Assembly (NCBI GenBank): GCA_020723345.1
Contig: DYJA01000027.1
Location: 794-64,793, forward strand
Reading direction: 5' to 3'
Source: Candidatus Aquidulcis sp.
GTDB taxonomy: Bacteria; Chloroflexota; Anaerolineae; UBA4142
DNA length: 64,000 nucleotides
Both the position numbers and the translations under genes were made by a program. The notes under the pieces were generated by a model that saw nothing but the letters and a program-made list of their open reading frames with translations, searched no databases and was not told where the DNA came from. Below are positions 1-8,711 of this stretch, piece by piece (within the stretch, counting starts at the first letter, position 1; each line of letters opens with the position of its first letter).

Positions 1-105
1 GTGCGCGGCGTCGCGCCCGACGTAAATCGTGCCGGTGATTTCGACCGTATCACCAGCATGAAGATTTTGTACACTTGCATCGGTTAGTGGAGTTGTTAGT
101 TTCAT
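1..105 (-). CDS. Fe-S hydro-lyase beta subunit (class I fumarate hydratase / tartrate dehydratase type). Only the N-terminal 35 codons are in the window.
   Basis: Reverse translation from the ATG at 105 gives [35 protein letters not shown], a typical N-terminus for FumB/TtdB-type beta subunits. A GGAGG RBS lies at 112-116, 6 nt upstream. Confidence 0.7.
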   Translation of the reverse strand, partial: MKLTTPLTDASVQNLHAGDTVEITGTIYVGRDAAH

Positions 106-120
106 GTTTGACCTCCAGGA

Positions 121-197
121 TTCAGTATCCAGTGTTCAGTATCCAGTATTCAGACCACAAGTTTCTACTGAACACTAAAAACTGAATACTGAATACT
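121..197. repeat. Imperfect hairpin built from tandem cagtattcag / cagtgttcag / cagtatccag words.
   Basis: Arms 121-153 and 168-197 are approximate reverse complements made of degenerate words. It lies in the spacer between co-oriented minus-strand genes. The same word family recurs at 4349-4419, 42392-42480, 44148-44205 and 52512-52600. Confidence 0.8.
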
Positions 198-206
198 GTT
201 CACCAT

Positions 207-1286
207 TCACTGTTCACTGATTTTTTTGCAGATCGCGTCGCCCGCTTCAACCGTGTTCGCGCTGCCGTGCAGATCCGGCGTGAGATGCTTGCCGGCTTGC
301 GTGTACGCGATCAAGCCGTCCATTACCAACTGGCTTGCCTTCGCTTCGCCGAGCCAGTCGAGCATCATCGCGCCTGCCCACACGGTTGCGATCGGGTTGG
401 AAATCTTTTTACCGTAAATGTCCGGCGCGGAGCCGTGCACCGGCTCGAACATCGAAGGGTACTTGCGCTCCGGGTTCAGGTTCGCGCTTGGCGGCGTGCC
501 GAGCGATCCTTGAATCGCGCCGCCGAGATCGGTGAGGATGTCGGCGAAGAGATTCGACGCGACGACGATGTCGAGCGCTTCCGGTTTCGTGACGAACCGC
601 GCGCACATCGAATCGATGTGCCACTTGTCGGTCTGCACGTCGGGATATTGCTTCGTCAACTGCGCGAACACTTCGTCCCAGAACACCATCGAGTACTGAC
701 ACGCGTTCGATTTCGTCACGCTCGTCAGCTTCTTCTTTGGCGATTTGCGCGCCATTTCGAAAGCAAAGCGCATCACGCGCTCGACCGCGTGGCGCGTAAA
801 GACGCTCGTCTGAATCGCGACTTCGTGCTCGGTGTCGACGTGGACGCGCCCGCCCGCGCCGGCGTACTCGCCTTCCGAATTCTCGCGCACGCAGACAAAG
901 TTGATGTCGTCGGGTCCCTTGCCTTTCAGGGGTCCTTCGAGACCGGGCAAAAGTCGAATCGGGCGCAAGTTGATGTACTGCTGGAAACTTTTGCGAATCG
1001 GCAGGAGCAAGCCCCAGAGCGTGATGTTGTCCGCCGCGAGCGCGGGCATCCCGACCGCACCCAGGTAGATCGCGTCGAACTTTTCCAAAATTTTCAATCC
1101 GTCTTCCGGCATCATGCGCCCGGTTTTCAGATAAAATTCCGTGCCCCAGGGAAATTCTTCAAAGCGCAATGAAAAAGTCCCGACACGCGCTTGCGCGGCT
1201 TGCAGCGCTTTGATTCCCTCCGGCATCACTTCCATTCCGATTCCGTCGCCGGGAATGACGGCAATGTGGTAGTCTCTCATAGTCAC
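207..1286 (-). CDS. Tartrate dehydrogenase / D-malate dehydrogenase (decarboxylating) family enzyme, part of the isocitrate/isopropylmalate dehydrogenase superfamily.
   Basis: 359-aa ORF. The N-terminus [18 protein letters not shown]...RMMPEDGL...[10 protein letters not shown] and the motifs [13 protein letters not shown] and GSAPDI are hallmarks of the family. Confidence 0.8.
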   Translation of the reverse strand: MTMRDYHIAVIPGDGIGMEVMPEGIKALQAAQARVGTFSLRFEEFPWGTEFYLKTGRMMPEDGLKILEKFDAIYLGAVGMPALAADNITLWGLLLPIRKSFQQYINLRPIRLLPGLEGPLKGKGPDDINFVCVRENSEGEYAGAGGRVHVDTEHEVAIQTSVFTRHAVERVMRFAFEMARKSPKKKLTSVTKSNACQYSMVFWDEVFAQLTKQYPDVQTDKWHIDSMCARFVTKPEALDIVVASNLFADILTDLGGAIQGSLGTPPSANLNPERKYPSMFEPVHGSAPDIYGKKISNPIATVWAGAMMLDWLGEAKASQLVMDGLIAYTQAGKHLTPDLHGSANTVEAGDAICKKISEQ

Positions 1287-1338
1287 CTAGTCGTTTAGTC
1301 GAATAGTCGAATAGTCACTTGACTATCTGACTATTCGA

Positions 1339-2190
1339 CTATAAGACTGCTTCTTTATACCGCGCGCTGTGGCACTGCACGTTCACGCCGACCGGCATAC
1401 TCGCGATGTGGCACGGCGTCGTCAGGACGTGGACGGCGAGCGATGTCGTGCGACCGCCCAGACCCATCGGACCGATTCCCAGGTTGTTGATTTTTTCGAG
1501 CAGTTCTTTTTCGAGCGCGGCATTTTCGGAATCGGGATTTGGCGAGCCGAGCGGGCGCAGCAGCGATTTCTTCGCGAGCCACATCGCTTGATCGGAACTG
1601 CCGCCGACGCCGACGCCGACAATCGTGGGCGGACAAGGATTCGATCCGGCTTTGTCGATCGTGTTGACGATGAAATCGATCACGCCTTTGCGTCCGGCGG
1701 ACGGCGTCAACATCGCGAGCGCGCTCATGTTCTCGCAGCCGCCGCCTTTCGGCATGATCGTGATTTTGAGTTTGTCGCCGGGGACGACGTCGGTGTGAAT
1801 CATCGCGGGCGTGTTGTCTTTCGTGTTCTTGCGATCGGAAAAGGGCTGCGCGACCATCGACTTGCGAAGATAGCCGTCGGTGTAGCCCTTTTTCACTCCG
1901 GCGTGAATCGCGTCGTTCAAATTTCCGCCGACGATGTGGACTTCTTGTCCCAGTTCGACGACGATGACCGCGACGCCGGTGTCCTGGCACAGCGGAAACG
2001 TGCCTTGCTTGGCGATCTCGACGTTCTTGAGCAGTTGATCGAGCACATCGCGCGCGGCGGGCGATTCCTCAGTCGCGCGCGCTTGTTGCAGCGCGGCGAC
2101 CACGTCATCGCCGAGAAAGTGATTGGCTTCGATGGCAAGGCGCGCGACCGTTTCGGAAATTTGGTTCGCTTGAATCTCTCGCATGTTCAC
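1339..2190 (-). CDS. Fe-S hydro-lyase alpha subunit (class I fumarate hydratase / tartrate dehydratase alpha).
   Basis: 283-aa ORF with PLCQDTG, KGGGCEN and GVGVGGS motifs typical of FumA N-terminal-domain / TtdA proteins. Confidence 0.85.
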   Translation of the reverse strand: MNMREIQANQISETVARLAIEANHFLGDDVVAALQQARATEESPAARDVLDQLLKNVEIAKQGTFPLCQDTGVAVIVVELGQEVHIVGGNLNDAIHAGVKKGYTDGYLRKSMVAQPFSDRKNTKDNTPAMIHTDVVPGDKLKITIMPKGGGCENMSALAMLTPSAGRKGVIDFIVNTIDKAGSNPCPPTIVGVGVGGSSDQAMWLAKKSLLRPLGSPNPDSENAALEKELLEKINNLGIGPMGLGGRTTSLAVHVLTTPCHIASMPVGVNVQCHSARYKEAVL

Positions 2191-2360
2191 CTCTCTTCAT
2201 AGTTTCGTTTGCTTTTGATTCTTTGCTAGCCAACCAACACTTTGACTTGACGTTCGATTTGGACACTGATTCACACTGATTCGCACTGATTTTTGAATTA
2301 TCTGTGTTCATCTGTGTTTATCCGTGTTCAATTTCTGAAACTGTCGGTTAGCCAGATTTT

Positions 2361-2822
2361 TTACTTGACTTGGAGCGAAATCGTGCAACTTTCGCCGGGC
2401 GTCAACCGGGCGGAGACGGAAAATTCTTTTTCCAAGATCGTTTGCAGCGCGCCAATCAAGATGCCGCCCCAGGGACACGCGGTTCCGTCGAATTGATATT
2501 TGCCGACGCGCTTGGGACAGATGCCGCACTGCGAAATTTGGACGCTCACTTCGTTCGCGCTCTCGTCGATTGCCACGACGCCAGCCAGATTGTAGGTTTG
2601 CAGAAATTCCGCCAACGCGGGCAGCGTCTCCACGCGGATGCCTTGACTCTTGGCGTACGCCATCATTTCCCTGCCGACGTACTCGCCCGCCATATTGGCA
2701 ATCGCCTGCGCGCCGCCTTTGCCCATCACGCTGTAGGTGCCCACCATGTAACCGATGAAAACCGCGTTGAGCAAACTGGCGGGACCTTTTTCGCGCGCGG
2801 CGGGAATAATCGGAGTTGCCAT
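2361..2822 (-). CDS. Small Cys-containing protein, possibly V4R-like (4-vinyl reductase type ligand-binding domain). Function unknown.
   Basis: 153-aa ORF directly downstream of hdrCB on the same strand. The CGICPKRVG...GTACPWGG pattern resembles V4R domains. The family assignment is from memory only. Confidence 0.5.
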   Translation of the reverse strand: MATPIIPAAREKGPASLLNAVFIGYMVGTYSVMGKGGAQAIANMAGEYVGREMMAYAKSQGIRVETLPALAEFLQTYNLAGVVAIDESANEVSVQISQCGICPKRVGKYQFDGTACPWGGILIGALQTILEKEFSVSARLTPGESCTISLQVK

Positions 2823-2941
2823 TTCTATTCATGCATCTTTCTGCCAAATTCTCACTTCCATTATAACCCGAATGAGCCAATGAACCAAATAATCCGTCAA
2901 GAATTTTGGCTCATTGGCTCATCGACTCACTGACTATGCGC

Positions 2942-4330
2942 TTACGCGGCGGCGAGTTGCTGCACGAGCGGACGCGTGTCCACCATGTTCTTTTCCAGCG
3001 CGAGCGCGTGCGGCGCCAGTCCGAATGCAAGCCCCATCAATTGGGTGATGAACAAAATCGGCATCGGCTTGGCGAGTTTCAACGCGGCTTGGCGCGCGTC
3101 GAGATTGACGTGGCACAGCGGGCACGATGTGACGACGACGTCCGCGCCCACGGCGCGCGCGTTGTCGAGAATCCGGCGCGTGAGACCCAGCACGATGTCG
3201 GTGCGCGTGAGCGACAGCGCGCCGCCGCAGCAATCGGTCTTGAACGACCAATCGAGCGCGGTCGCGCCCAGTTTTTCGACGACGCGATCCATTTGCACTG
3301 GATTCTCTGGATGATCGGCATGCGTCACTTTGGGCGGGCGCGTCAGCAGGCAGCCGTAGTACGACACGACTTTGAGATCGCGCAGCGGCTTTTTGACGCG
3401 CTTGGCAATCGCGTCCAGTCCGACGCGCTCATCCAGCACGTCGAGCAGCGACTTGACCTCGACGCGATCCTGATACGTGTAGCCGATTTTCGCGTCGACG
3501 GCTTTCTTCAACGCGGGATCTTTGGCGATGTCGTGCTGCGCGGCTTTGAAACGCGCGTAGCACGCCGCGCACGGCGCGACGACCTGTTTATAGCCGCTCT
3601 GCTCGACGAGCGCGAGATTTTGGACCGGCATCGTCGTCGCGAGCAGATGATCGGTGCTGTGCGCGGGCGAACTGCCGCAGCACGTCCAGCCCTCCGGCTC
3701 GTGCAATTCAACGCCGAATTCTTTGAGCACCGCTTTCGTCGAGTGATCGAGTTCGGACGAGAGCGAATGGAGCGAACAGCCGGGATAGTACGCGATGCTG
3801 TTTTCTTTTTGCGGCGTGGGCTTGGCGCGTTTGGGCGGGCGAATGAAACCGGGCAAGAGTTTGATCTTGCGCTTGAGCACCATCTGCAAGCCCATGTCCA
3901 TATCTTTGAAGGGCTGGCGCGTTCGCAAATTCATTTCGGCGATCAAGCCCGGCTCGTACGCGCGTCCGAGCCAGCGCGCGTAGCGCAAAAAGACTTCGCG
4001 AAAGATCGCGATCTCCGGCACCTTGGACTTGATGCCGCGCTTTTTCGCGGTCATCGCCAACTGATCGTTGATGCGCGGCAGATCGATCGCGTGCGGACAG
4101 CGCGTCACGCACGTCTGGCAACTCGCGCACAGCCAGATCGTTTTGCTGTTGAGCACGCGGTCGTCTTCGCCGAGTTGCAGCGCGCGCATCACCTGGTTCG
4201 GCGCGAGATCGAATTCGTTCGCGAGCGGGCAGCCGCTGGTGCACTTGACGCATTGATAGCACAGATAAACGTTCTCGCCGGTTTCCGTCGCGATTTCTTG
4301 GGCAAGCGTATTTTTTGTTTCTATCGGCAT
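2942..4330 (-). CDS. hdrCB: Heterodisulfide reductase subunits C and B fused (HdrCB).
   Basis: 462 aa. The N-terminus has two ferredoxin-type motifs, CYQCVKCTSGCP and CASCQTCVTRCP (HdrC). The C-terminal part has two CCG motifs, WTCCGSSP and DCCGGAL (HdrB). An AAGGAG RBS precedes the ATG. Confidence 0.9.
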   Translation of the reverse strand: MPIETKNTLAQEIATETGENVYLCYQCVKCTSGCPLANEFDLAPNQVMRALQLGEDDRVLNSKTIWLCASCQTCVTRCPHAIDLPRINDQLAMTAKKRGIKSKVPEIAIFREVFLRYARWLGRAYEPGLIAEMNLRTRQPFKDMDMGLQMVLKRKIKLLPGFIRPPKRAKPTPQKENSIAYYPGCSLHSLSSELDHSTKAVLKEFGVELHEPEGWTCCGSSPAHSTDHLLATTMPVQNLALVEQSGYKQVVAPCAACYARFKAAQHDIAKDPALKKAVDAKIGYTYQDRVEVKSLLDVLDERVGLDAIAKRVKKPLRDLKVVSYYGCLLTRPPKVTHADHPENPVQMDRVVEKLGATALDWSFKTDCCGGALSLTRTDIVLGLTRRILDNARAVGADVVVTSCPLCHVNLDARQAALKLAKPMPILFITQLMGLAFGLAPHALALEKNMVDTRPLVQQLAAA

Positions 4331-4421
4331 AGCACTCCTTGGGCAAGAGTATTCAGTGTTCAGTGTTCAGTCAACAACTCCAACAGGTTCTGAATACTGA
4401 ACACTGCATACTGAATACTAT

Positions 4422-5399
4422 TCACTCCACCACCGGTCGCGGCAGCAATCCCGCGCGTTCGAGAATCGGCTTGACGGCTTCTTCCCATTCAATCGCCATG
4501 ATGTGGACGCCCGCGACGCCGGGAGTTTCGCGCATTTGCTGGATCAGTTCGACGCAAATCTTGATGCCTTCTTCGCGCGCGGCAGCCGCCTTTTCTTTTT
4601 TATCTTCGATCCCTTTGCCCGCGCCTTCCATGCGCTGGACGTACTCGTCGAGGACTTCCATCCCCGGCACTTGGTCGCGCATGTACTTTGCCGCACCCGC
4701 TGTCTTGATCGGACCGACTCCGGCGAGGATGTACACTTTTTCGTGCAAACCCAGGTCGACGACGCGCTTCATAAATTCGCGGAATTTGGGCACGTTGTAA
4801 ATCAGTTGCGTCTGAATAAAATCGACTCCGGCTTGGACTTTTTTCGCGAGGCGATACGGGCGAAACTCGAATGGATCGGCAAACGGATTTTCCGCGCCGC
4901 CGATGAAAAAGCGCGGATTCGTTCCTTTGATCTCTTCGCCGCCCTGGAACTTGTTGCCGTCGCGCAAATCTTTGACCATCCGGATCAGCGTCATCGAATC
5001 CATATCGTACACGTTCTTCGCCATCGGATGATTGCCGAATTGCTGATGATCGCCGGAGAGGCAAAGCAGATTGCGAATGCCAAGCGCGTACGCGCCGAGC
5101 ATGTCGGCTTGCATCGCCAGACGATTGCGGTCGCGGCACGTCATCTGCATGATCGGCTCGACGCCGTTTTGCACCGACAAGGTTGCCGCGGCGATGGACG
5201 ACATGCGGACAATCGCGGTCTGGTTATCGGTGATGTTGACGCCGTCGGCGATGCCTTTGAGTTGCGCGGCTTTTTTGCGAATCACTTCCGCGTCCGCGTT
5301 CTTCGGCGGACCCAGTTCCGCGGTCGCCGCGAATTTTCCCGCGCGCAGAATTTTTTCCAGTGTGCTGCCTGATTTGTAGCCATTGGTTGCTTCAGCCAT
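4422..5399 (-). CDS. metF: Methylenetetrahydrofolate reductase, acetogen MetF type.
   Basis: 325-aa ORF with a MetF-like TIM-barrel sequence (ELGPPK, ITDNQ, CRDRN, LCLSGD). It sits next to metV and the hdr genes, as in MetFV-HdrABC-MvhD clusters. Confidence 0.9.
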   Translation of the reverse strand: MAEATNGYKSGSTLEKILRAGKFAATAELGPPKNADAEVIRKKAAQLKGIADGVNITDNQTAIVRMSSIAAATLSVQNGVEPIMQMTCRDRNRLAMQADMLGAYALGIRNLLCLSGDHQQFGNHPMAKNVYDMDSMTLIRMVKDLRDGNKFQGGEEIKGTNPRFFIGGAENPFADPFEFRPYRLAKKVQAGVDFIQTQLIYNVPKFREFMKRVVDLGLHEKVYILAGVGPIKTAGAAKYMRDQVPGMEVLDEYVQRMEGAGKGIEDKKEKAAAAREEGIKICVELIQQMRETPGVAGVHIMAIEWEEAVKPILERAGLLPRPVVE

Positions 5400-5438
5400 G
5401 TTTATCCTCCGTCTGTACGGGCGTAATTAATTACGCCC

Positions 5439-6125
5439 CTACTCTTTCGCCAGCATCAAATCTTCGCGCGAGATGCGACGCGGTCCACCGTCGCGGCTCG
5501 TCTGCCAATTCTTCGCCGGTTGAATCTCCAGCAATTTATCGAGTTCGCCGCGCGCCATCAATTTCTTGACGATCAGATCCCACGCGCAATCGACCGTGCG
5601 ATCCTTGCCGCTGATCTCGCACTTGCCTTCGTCCGAGCCGCCGCACGGTCCGTTCAGCAAACTCTTGGAGCAGCGCGCGATCGGGCAGATGCCGCCGGTG
5701 AGATCGAGGATGCAGTTGCCGCACGCCGCGCAGCGTTCCGCCCAGACGCCTTGTTCGAGCGGCAGACCCAGGAACGCGGTGTTGAGTCCGGGCGCGACGC
5801 GCGCGTCGGGAAAGTGTTCGGCAATCGCCTGCACGCCGATGCCGCAGCCGAGCGACAAGACCAAATCGTACTCGCCGATTTTGTCCTTGATCGTGTCGAG
5901 GTATTCCCATTCGCATTGACGCTGCACCGTCACCTCGTCAATCTGCTTTTCTTTGCCGTCCACTTTCGACGCCATGCGCAGCGACGACGCGAGAATGCCG
6001 ACTTCTTTTTCGCCGCCCGCGAAACAAACGGTGACGCACGTGCCGCAGCCGACGACGAGCACCTTGTTCGCGTTCGCGATTTTGGTTTTGATTTCTTCAA
6101 ACGGTTTTTGTTCTGCTACGATCAT
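5439..6125 (-). CDS. metV: Methylene-THF reductase small Fe-S/Zn subunit MetV.
   Basis: VVGCGTCVTVCFAGGE and CAACGNC motifs. The likely start is the ATG at 6125, preceded by a GGAGGA RBS. The ORF-track start at 6179 lies inside a word hairpin. Confidence 0.85.
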   Translation of the reverse strand: MIVAEQKPFEEIKTKIANANKVLVVGCGTCVTVCFAGGEKEVGILASSLRMASKVDGKEKQIDEVTVQRQCEWEYLDTIKDKIGEYDLVLSLGCGIGVQAIAEHFPDARVAPGLNTAFLGLPLEQGVWAERCAACGNCILDLTGGICPIARCSKSLLNGPCGGSDEGKCEISGKDRTVDCAWDLIVKKLMARGELDKLLEIQPAKNWQTSRDGGPRRISREDLMLAKE

Positions 6126-6213
6126 GTTATCCTCCAGGGATAGTCGATCAGGCGACTGGGCAATCAGGCGATCAGTCAATCAGGGACTAGTCAGCTGGTT
6201 ACCGATTGCCTGA

Positions 6214-6651
6214 TTACTGATTGACTGGTTGACTTTTCTTTACAGGGTTGGGACCCAATTCCTTCACACGCTCCGTCATCTCTGTCACGGCTTGTGCGAA
6301 CGCGCCGCCCATTGCGGACGACATGTGGAACATTTCGATGCGCTGTCCGCCGACGCCGATTTGGTCGAGCAATTCTTGAATATATTTCACTCTGCGTTTT
6401 GCGTTTGTGTTACCCTCCAGGTAATGACACGTCCCTTCCAGTCAGCCCGCGACCATGATGCCATCCGCGCCGCTCTCGAACGCTTTCAGCGCGTACAGCA
6501 CGTCGAGTTTGCCGGTGCACGGCAGCAGCACGACTTTGACGTTGGGCGGGTACTGAATGCGCGACGCGCCCGCCAAATCTGCCGCCGCGTACGCGCAAAA
6601 GTTGCAGCAGAACGCGATGAGTTGTGGTTCAAAGCCGTTGGGTGCGGTCAT
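6214..6651 (-). CDS. mvhD: MvhD-like 2Fe-2S electron-transfer protein with a predicted selenocysteine (TGA at 6442-6444).
   Basis: The track ORF ends ...ADGIMVAG at the TGA. The same frame continues LEGTCHYLEGNTNAKRRVKYIQELLDQIGVGGQRIEMF...ELGPNPVKKSQPVNQ to the TAA at 6214-6216. The Cys paralog at 23926-24354 has C at the TGA position. Confidence 0.8.
6410..6424 (-). promoter_or_regulatory. SECIS-like hairpin downstream of the mvhD-1 UGA.
   Basis: On the minus strand, UUACC-UGGAG-GGUAA forms a 5-bp stem with a GG-containing loop. It starts about 17 nt after the UGA. The equivalent hairpin is conserved in mvhD-2. Confidence 0.5.
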
Positions 6652-6671
6652 GGTTTGGATTCTCCAATCGT

Positions 6672-6700
6672 TTGCTTTTCAATACCGCCGATGCTATAAT
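6672..6700 (+). promoter_or_regulatory. Sigma70-like promoter for the DUF433/DUF5615 cassette.
   Basis: TTGCTT (6672-6677), a 17-nt spacer, then the extended -10 TGcTATAAT (6692-6700). It lies 43 nt upstream of the ATG at 6743. Confidence 0.55.
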
Positions 6701-6742
6701 ATCCGCACAAAACGATCCCAGAATGTTCGAGGGAGGATTCCA

Positions 6743-7069
6743 ATGACTGTTCCTGTAATTACTGAATATCGCTACATCACGCGCAATCCAGAAATCTGCG
6801 GCGGCAGACCGATTATCAAAGGCACGCGCACGCCGGTCAAAACGATTGTTGGTTACTACCGGCTTGGGCAAAGCGTCGAAGAAATTCTTGAAGGACTGCC
6901 GCATCTATCGCCTGCCCAAGTGTACGAAGCGCTCGCCTACTATCACGACAACATTTCTGAAATCGAACAAGACATCGAAGACAGCCGGGGCGAAAATTTG
7001 ATTGAGCGATACGGCTTGAAAGTTATGCCCGATGGTCGCCTTGTCGTTGAGGAACGCGGTGCCTGCTGA
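6743..7069 (+). CDS. DUF433-family antitoxin-like protein.
   Basis: The ATG at 6743 has a GGGAGG RBS at 6731-6736. The sequence ITRNPEICGGRPIIKGTRTPVKTIVGYY is the DUF433 signature. Confidence 0.8.
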   Translation: MTVPVITEYRYITRNPEICGGRPIIKGTRTPVKTIVGYYRLGQSVEEILEGLPHLSPAQVYEALAYYHDNISEIEQDIEDSRGENLIERYGLKVMPDGRLVVEERGAC

Positions 7070-7427
7070 ACCCGCGCTCTTCATTCGACTTTATCTGGAC
7101 GAAGATGTCCATCGGCGCGTTGCCGCCGCGCTTCGCTTGCGCCAATTCGACGTGGTCAGTGCTCACGAAGTTGGACGCTGGGGCTTGAGTGACGAAGAGC
7201 AACTGACGCTTGCCGCCGCCGAAGGACGCGCGCTTTTCACATTCAATCCTCCCGATTACTTGCGCCTTCATTGGAATTGGCTCCGACTTGGCAAAGAACA
7301 TTCTGGGATTATTGTCTCCGATCAACTCCCCATTGGTGAAACAGTCCGCCGACTACTCAATCTCCTCAACCGTGTGACCGCAGATGAAATGCGGAATCAG
7401 ATTTACTGGCTCCAATCCTTCAAGTAG
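7059..7427 (+). CDS. DUF5615-family PIN-like toxin candidate.
   Basis: It overlaps the upstream gene, a layout typical of TA pairs. The likely start is GTG 7059, after GAGG at 7049-7052; the ORF track offers 7032 instead. The protein begins ...FIRLYLDEDV and ends ...GIIVSDQLPIGE, as in DUF5615 proteins. Confidence 0.7.
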   Translation: MPAEPALFIRLYLDEDVHRRVAAALRLRQFDVVSAHEVGRWGLSDEEQLTLAAAEGRALFTFNPPDYLRLHWNWLRLGKEHSGIIVSDQLPIGETVRRLLNLLNRVTADEMRNQIYWLQSFK

Positions 7428-7464
7428 ACCTCACGATAACCTGCTTTAGCGGGTTTGACACCCG

Positions 7465-7554
7465 TTAAGCGTTGGTTTCAACCAATGCCGCCGCGTACGC
7501 ACAATAGTTGCAGCAGAAGGCGATGAGTTGGGGGTCGAATCCGTTGGGTGCCAT
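7465..7554 (-). pseudogene. Remnant of the mvhD 5' end (29 codons).
   Basis: Reverse translation gives MAPNGFDPQLIAFCCNYCAYAAA, then unrelated LVETNA and a stop. The first 23 residues align with the N-termini of mvhD-1 and mvhD-2 but differ at synonymous sites. Confidence 0.75.
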
Positions 7555-7595
7555 ACCTCATAGCTCCATTTGCACACCGGCACAAAGTCCAGGAC

Positions 7596-8660
7596 TCAGC
7601 CAGTGGTCGCATTCAATAATCCGAGAGTTTTCAAGATGTCTTTCAAACCTTGCAGGTGATCCAATGCACGCTGAAGATCTCGTACTTCAAAGTATCCGAT
7701 GGAATTGCGGAAGCTCTCGTCTAAAGATGTAATCTCGCGTTTGAATTCATCCAACTCATCCCTTGATGAAACAATAACAACTTTCTGAATGGTGGGATCG
7801 CGTCTAACTCTTTGAAGATTCAGAATAGCGGAGTCCCGACTTCCTTTCCTGTGTACTTCGAACGCATAAGAAATGATCCCCAAGTTCGCCACGCGGCTTC
7901 TCCAAATTGCATCAATTCGGCATCCTGGCATCACATTGAATTCTCTTTGCACCTCAAAACCGAGACCGTCACCAAGTTCGATGATCTGGTCTACAACAGT
8001 ATCATGGTCGAAATCTTCTGCGCGCACAGGTGCCGTCACAGGCGCTTCTGGGCGTATGCCTTGTAGAGAAACAAAATAGAGCAGGAAATCCAATTTGAAT
8101 AGATCATCAAATTCGGGATACTCTTTTGCCGCCTGACTACGAACATCTTGAGCCAATTTGCAGTACGAGGCGTACTGCGCGCCGCTAATCTGAGCGGACT
8201 TGGGCAGCTGAAGTTCACTAATACCAAGAACGATGAAACCCTCTCTGCTTCTGCTGTTCCAAATAGGATACTCCTTGTGGTTATGATGCGCCAGAATCTC
8301 TGAGATACAAGCAGCGCCCATCATGCGCACATTCTTCTTGACATAGTCAAATCGCTTGGCAATCGGATCTGCGCCGTACAGAAATTGCTTGAATGCGCTT
8401 CTAATTGTTGGCAGACCAGAGCGAAGCATCTCTTCAAGAAGCCAGTCCTTGTTTGTCCAGCCGTTGTACGCCCAGAGAATGTAAATCAACTCGCGTAGAG
8501 TGCCTTCTTCGAGATTCTCAAGTTGCTCTTTCGAGAAATACCGGGCAAAGAATTCGTCCTTATCTCTACGCTCTTTTTGCAACTGCTGCCCTTCTGTCTC
8601 AAGAAAGTGGCGGAATGGAGACATCAAGGCTTTCAGTGTCTGCATGTTGATTTCGTTCAT
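7596..8660 (-). CDS. Orphan two-domain protein with a C-terminal PD-(D/E)xK-like nuclease motif. It is a candidate defense or restriction-type gene.
   Basis: 354-aa ORF, visibly more AT-rich than its surroundings. The C-terminal segment RIDAIW...GIISYAFEVHRKGS resembles NucS/RecB-fold nuclease cores. The helical N-terminal domain carries LWAYNGWTNKDW. Confidence 0.6.
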   Translation of the reverse strand: MNEINMQTLKALMSPFRHFLETEGQQLQKERRDKDEFFARYFSKEQLENLEEGTLRELIYILWAYNGWTNKDWLLEEMLRSGLPTIRSAFKQFLYGADPIAKRFDYVKKNVRMMGAACISEILAHHNHKEYPIWNSRSREGFIVLGISELQLPKSAQISGAQYASYCKLAQDVRSQAAKEYPEFDDLFKLDFLLYFVSLQGIRPEAPVTAPVRAEDFDHDTVVDQIIELGDGLGFEVQREFNVMPGCRIDAIWRSRVANLGIISYAFEVHRKGSRDSAILNLQRVRRDPTIQKVVIVSSRDELDEFKREITSLDESFRNSIGYFEVRDLQRALDHLQGLKDILKTLGLLNATTG

Positions 8661-8711
8661 GGCAACCTCCGATCAGAAGACACGGCAGTTAGAAACTGCA
8701 CCTACAACTTC

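Noticed and set aside
267-1172. Long plus-strand ORFs antisense to the real minus-strand genes. Examples are 267-1172, 2906-4393, 11857-13434, 19287-20522, 24393-26072, 26244-27743, 35595-37238, 42778-44118, 47202-49250, 51272-52561 and 55047-56771.
   Set aside because: Their translations are Arg/Ala/His-rich with no motifs. They are shadow ORFs typical of GC-rich DNA, lying opposite strongly supported enzymes.
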